Of a DNA stretch of 64,000 nucleotides, positions 62,344-64,000 are shown one piece after another (position 1 is the stretch's first letter; each line of letters opens with the position of its first letter). The position numbers and the translations under genes are program-made. The notes below the pieces were generated by a model. It searched no databases. It was given only the letters and a program-made list of their open reading frames with translations, and had not been told where the DNA came from. Source of the DNA: an uncultured Chloroflexia bacterium (GTDB taxonomy: Bacteria; Chloroflexota; Limnocylindria; Limnocylindrales; CSP1-4); contig CAVUSH010000006.1 of NCBI GenBank assembly GCA_963744095.1, forward strand, positions 133,670 through 197,669, in the 5' to 3' direction.

Positions 62344-63987
62344 TCACGGGCACACCACGCGGAGGACCCGGATGTTGCCGCTCCCGGCAGCGCCGTCCGC
62401 CGGGGGCGGCAGGCCGACGGGCTCCAGGCAGGCCGTGTCCGCATCGGAGGTCAGGCGGGCGGGCCAGCCGCCGTGGTCGCCGTCGATGATGACGATCCGC
62501 GCCCCGAACGTGCGGGCAAGGTCCAGCACGCTCGCGACCGGCTCGTCGGGCAGGGCCAGGGCGGAAACCCGGTGCACCTCCGCGACCCAGATGGGGTGGT
62601 TGGCGATGACGGGGGACGCTCCATCGAGGGGGACGCCCGCCGCGGCCATCCGGCGCCCCAGGTCCGTGTACGCGGCCTCCGTTCCCCGGGCCTGGCTGCC
62701 GTAGGTGATGACGCCCGGCACCATGAAGAGGAGGGCGCCGACGACCGCGAAGAGGGGCGCCAGCCACGCCACCGGACGCGTCCAGCCGCGCCGCCGACCC
62801 ACCCACGCGAGGCCCTCGTCCAGGCCGGCCAGGCCGGCGACCAGGAGCAGGACGGAGGCCGGGACGGACGCGTGGAGGAATGTCCCCCAGCGCGTCTGGA
62901 CGGGGAAGACGAGGGTCGCGACCAGGAACGTGATCAGGGCGAGGACCAGCAGGGGCCGGAGCGCCCGCAGTCGGGCCGCCCAGGGCAGCGCGACCAGCCC
63001 GACGACGGCGATCGGGGCGCCCGGCACCAGCAGGACGTCGAGCAGGTTGTGCAGGAAGCCGTCCACGCGCTGCTGCAGCAAGGCGGCCGGTCCAAGGGCC
63101 AGGTAGCTGGCCGCCGTGGCGGGATCCTGCCAGGCGAAGATCTCGAAGCCGGTGATCGCCCAGGCGTTCGTGATGGCCTGGCCCGGCAGCGGCGACCCGA
63201 AGACCAGCCAGTTCCGGGCCAGCCAGGGCGCCATGACGGCAAGCGCGATCACCCCCGGCACGGCGATCGCCCGCACGACGGGGCCGAGGCCGGCCCGTCG
63301 CCAGGCGCCGAACGCGACGAGCGCCCACGCCAGGCCCACCCAGGCCGCCTCGTTGCGGGCCAGGCCGGCGACCCCGATCGCCAGGCCCAGGCCGACCAGG
63401 CGGGCGTCGAGAAGCCGCACCGGTCGCCGGCGGACGAGCCGGACCATGAGCAGGCAGGCCAGGAGGGACGGCAGCCCGAACGCGGTGCTCGAGTCGAGGT
63501 GGAGCGAGGGAAGGACGAGCGGCAGGGCGACGGCGGCAACGAGCCCCGCTCCCAGGGCCAGCGTCCGCGTTCGCTCGGTTCCGAGCGCGCGCTCCTCGGC
63601 CACGTCGGCAGCGATCCGCCAGGCGGCCACGGGGACCAGGGCGCCCAGGGCGGCCGCCACGGGGAGGGTCATCGCGTACGCCGTGGATCCCGTGGCCAGC
63701 AGCGGCACGAGGCCGAGCAGGCTCGGGAGCGGCTGCCAGATCTCGAAGGCCGGGCGCGGGAAGAAGAAGCCGAGGACGCCCGTCAGGGGATCCCGGGCCG
63801 GGCTGGCATAGGACCAGATGGCGTCGCTGACGAAGCCCCGGCCCTCGGCCAGGTTGCGGGCGACGCCCCAGTAGTAGGCCGTGTCCTCGGGGATCGGGAA
63901 GGGGACCTGGCCGGCGGCCCAGAGCCGAACGAGCAGGGCCACGGCAAACACGAGGCCCGCGCTCAGCCAGGCCTCGCGCCGGCTCAC
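62344..63987 (-). CDS. GT-C fold membrane glycosyltransferase (ArnT/PMT-like)
   Basis: 547 aa, polytopic. The first-loop acidic motif PEDTAYYW resembles the D/E-x-x-YW motif of the ArnT/PMT families. It ends in a soluble C-terminal domain. Confidence 0.62.
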   Translation of the reverse strand: MSRREAWLSAGLVFAVALLVRLWAAGQVPFPIPEDTAYYWGVARNLAEGRGFVSDAIWSYASPARDPLTGVLGFFFPRPAFEIWQPLPSLLGLVPLLATGSTAYAMTLPVAAALGALVPVAAWRIAADVAEERALGTERTRTLALGAGLVAAVALPLVLPSLHLDSSTAFGLPSLLACLLMVRLVRRRPVRLLDARLVGLGLAIGVAGLARNEAAWVGLAWALVAFGAWRRAGLGPVVRAIAVPGVIALAVMAPWLARNWLVFGSPLPGQAITNAWAITGFEIFAWQDPATAASYLALGPAALLQQRVDGFLHNLLDVLLVPGAPIAVVGLVALPWAARLRALRPLLVLALITFLVATLVFPVQTRWGTFLHASVPASVLLLVAGLAGLDEGLAWVGRRRGWTRPVAWLAPLFAVVGALLFMVPGVITYGSQARGTEAAYTDLGRRMAAAGVPLDGASPVIANHPIWVAEVHRVSALALPDEPVASVLDLARTFGARIVIIDGDHGGWPARLTSDADTACLEPVGLPPPADGAAGSGNIRVLRVVCP

Positions 63988-64000
63988 GGGGCGGCCTCTG

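Overview
This is a 64-kb, very GC-rich (roughly 70% by eye) bacterial chromosomal segment. It is gene-dense, and I saw no rRNA, tRNA, CRISPR array, transposase or integrase. Most of it is core housekeeping. On the minus strand, 10335 to 1: parA-parB-gyrB-thioesterase-AlkD-like-gyrA-prs, then secA (truncated at the window edge). A perfect parS core lies in the parA/mreD divergent spacer. On the plus strand: mreD-PBP2-rodA, ion transporters, an ABC-2 exporter, rplU-rpmA-rpmE, DUF1385-prfA-prmC, glyA, a WecA/MraY-like transferase, an RCK K+ channel, the complete atpZBEFHAGDC operon, murA and mreB. The right third (minus strand) carries nfo, hpf, comF and a Tad/Flp pilus locus: three flp pilin genes, cpaB, REC-cpaE, cpaF, tadB, tadC and DUF192. 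That locus is preceded by an HK-RR-HK regulatory trio and flanked by GT-C glycosyltransferases. The best candidate for an undescribed system is a four-gene minus-strand array at 21455-25903. It is built from two uncharacterised modules: A, a ~150-aa non-enzymatic domain, and B, a zinc ribbon plus Arg-rich helical region plus a CCxxC...PHxGCPxGLCxC knuckle. The modules occur standalone, fused (A-linker-B) and split (B then A'), and two of the genes sit behind a duplicated leaderless-type promoter. The second notable anomaly is in gyrA. About 300 nt of the C-terminal domain read out of frame, yet the ORF stays open, consistent with three compensating 1-nt indels. The many very long ORFs antisense to conserved genes are GC-driven artefacts. 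All calls rest on manual reading of the ORF track and sequence; no searches were run.
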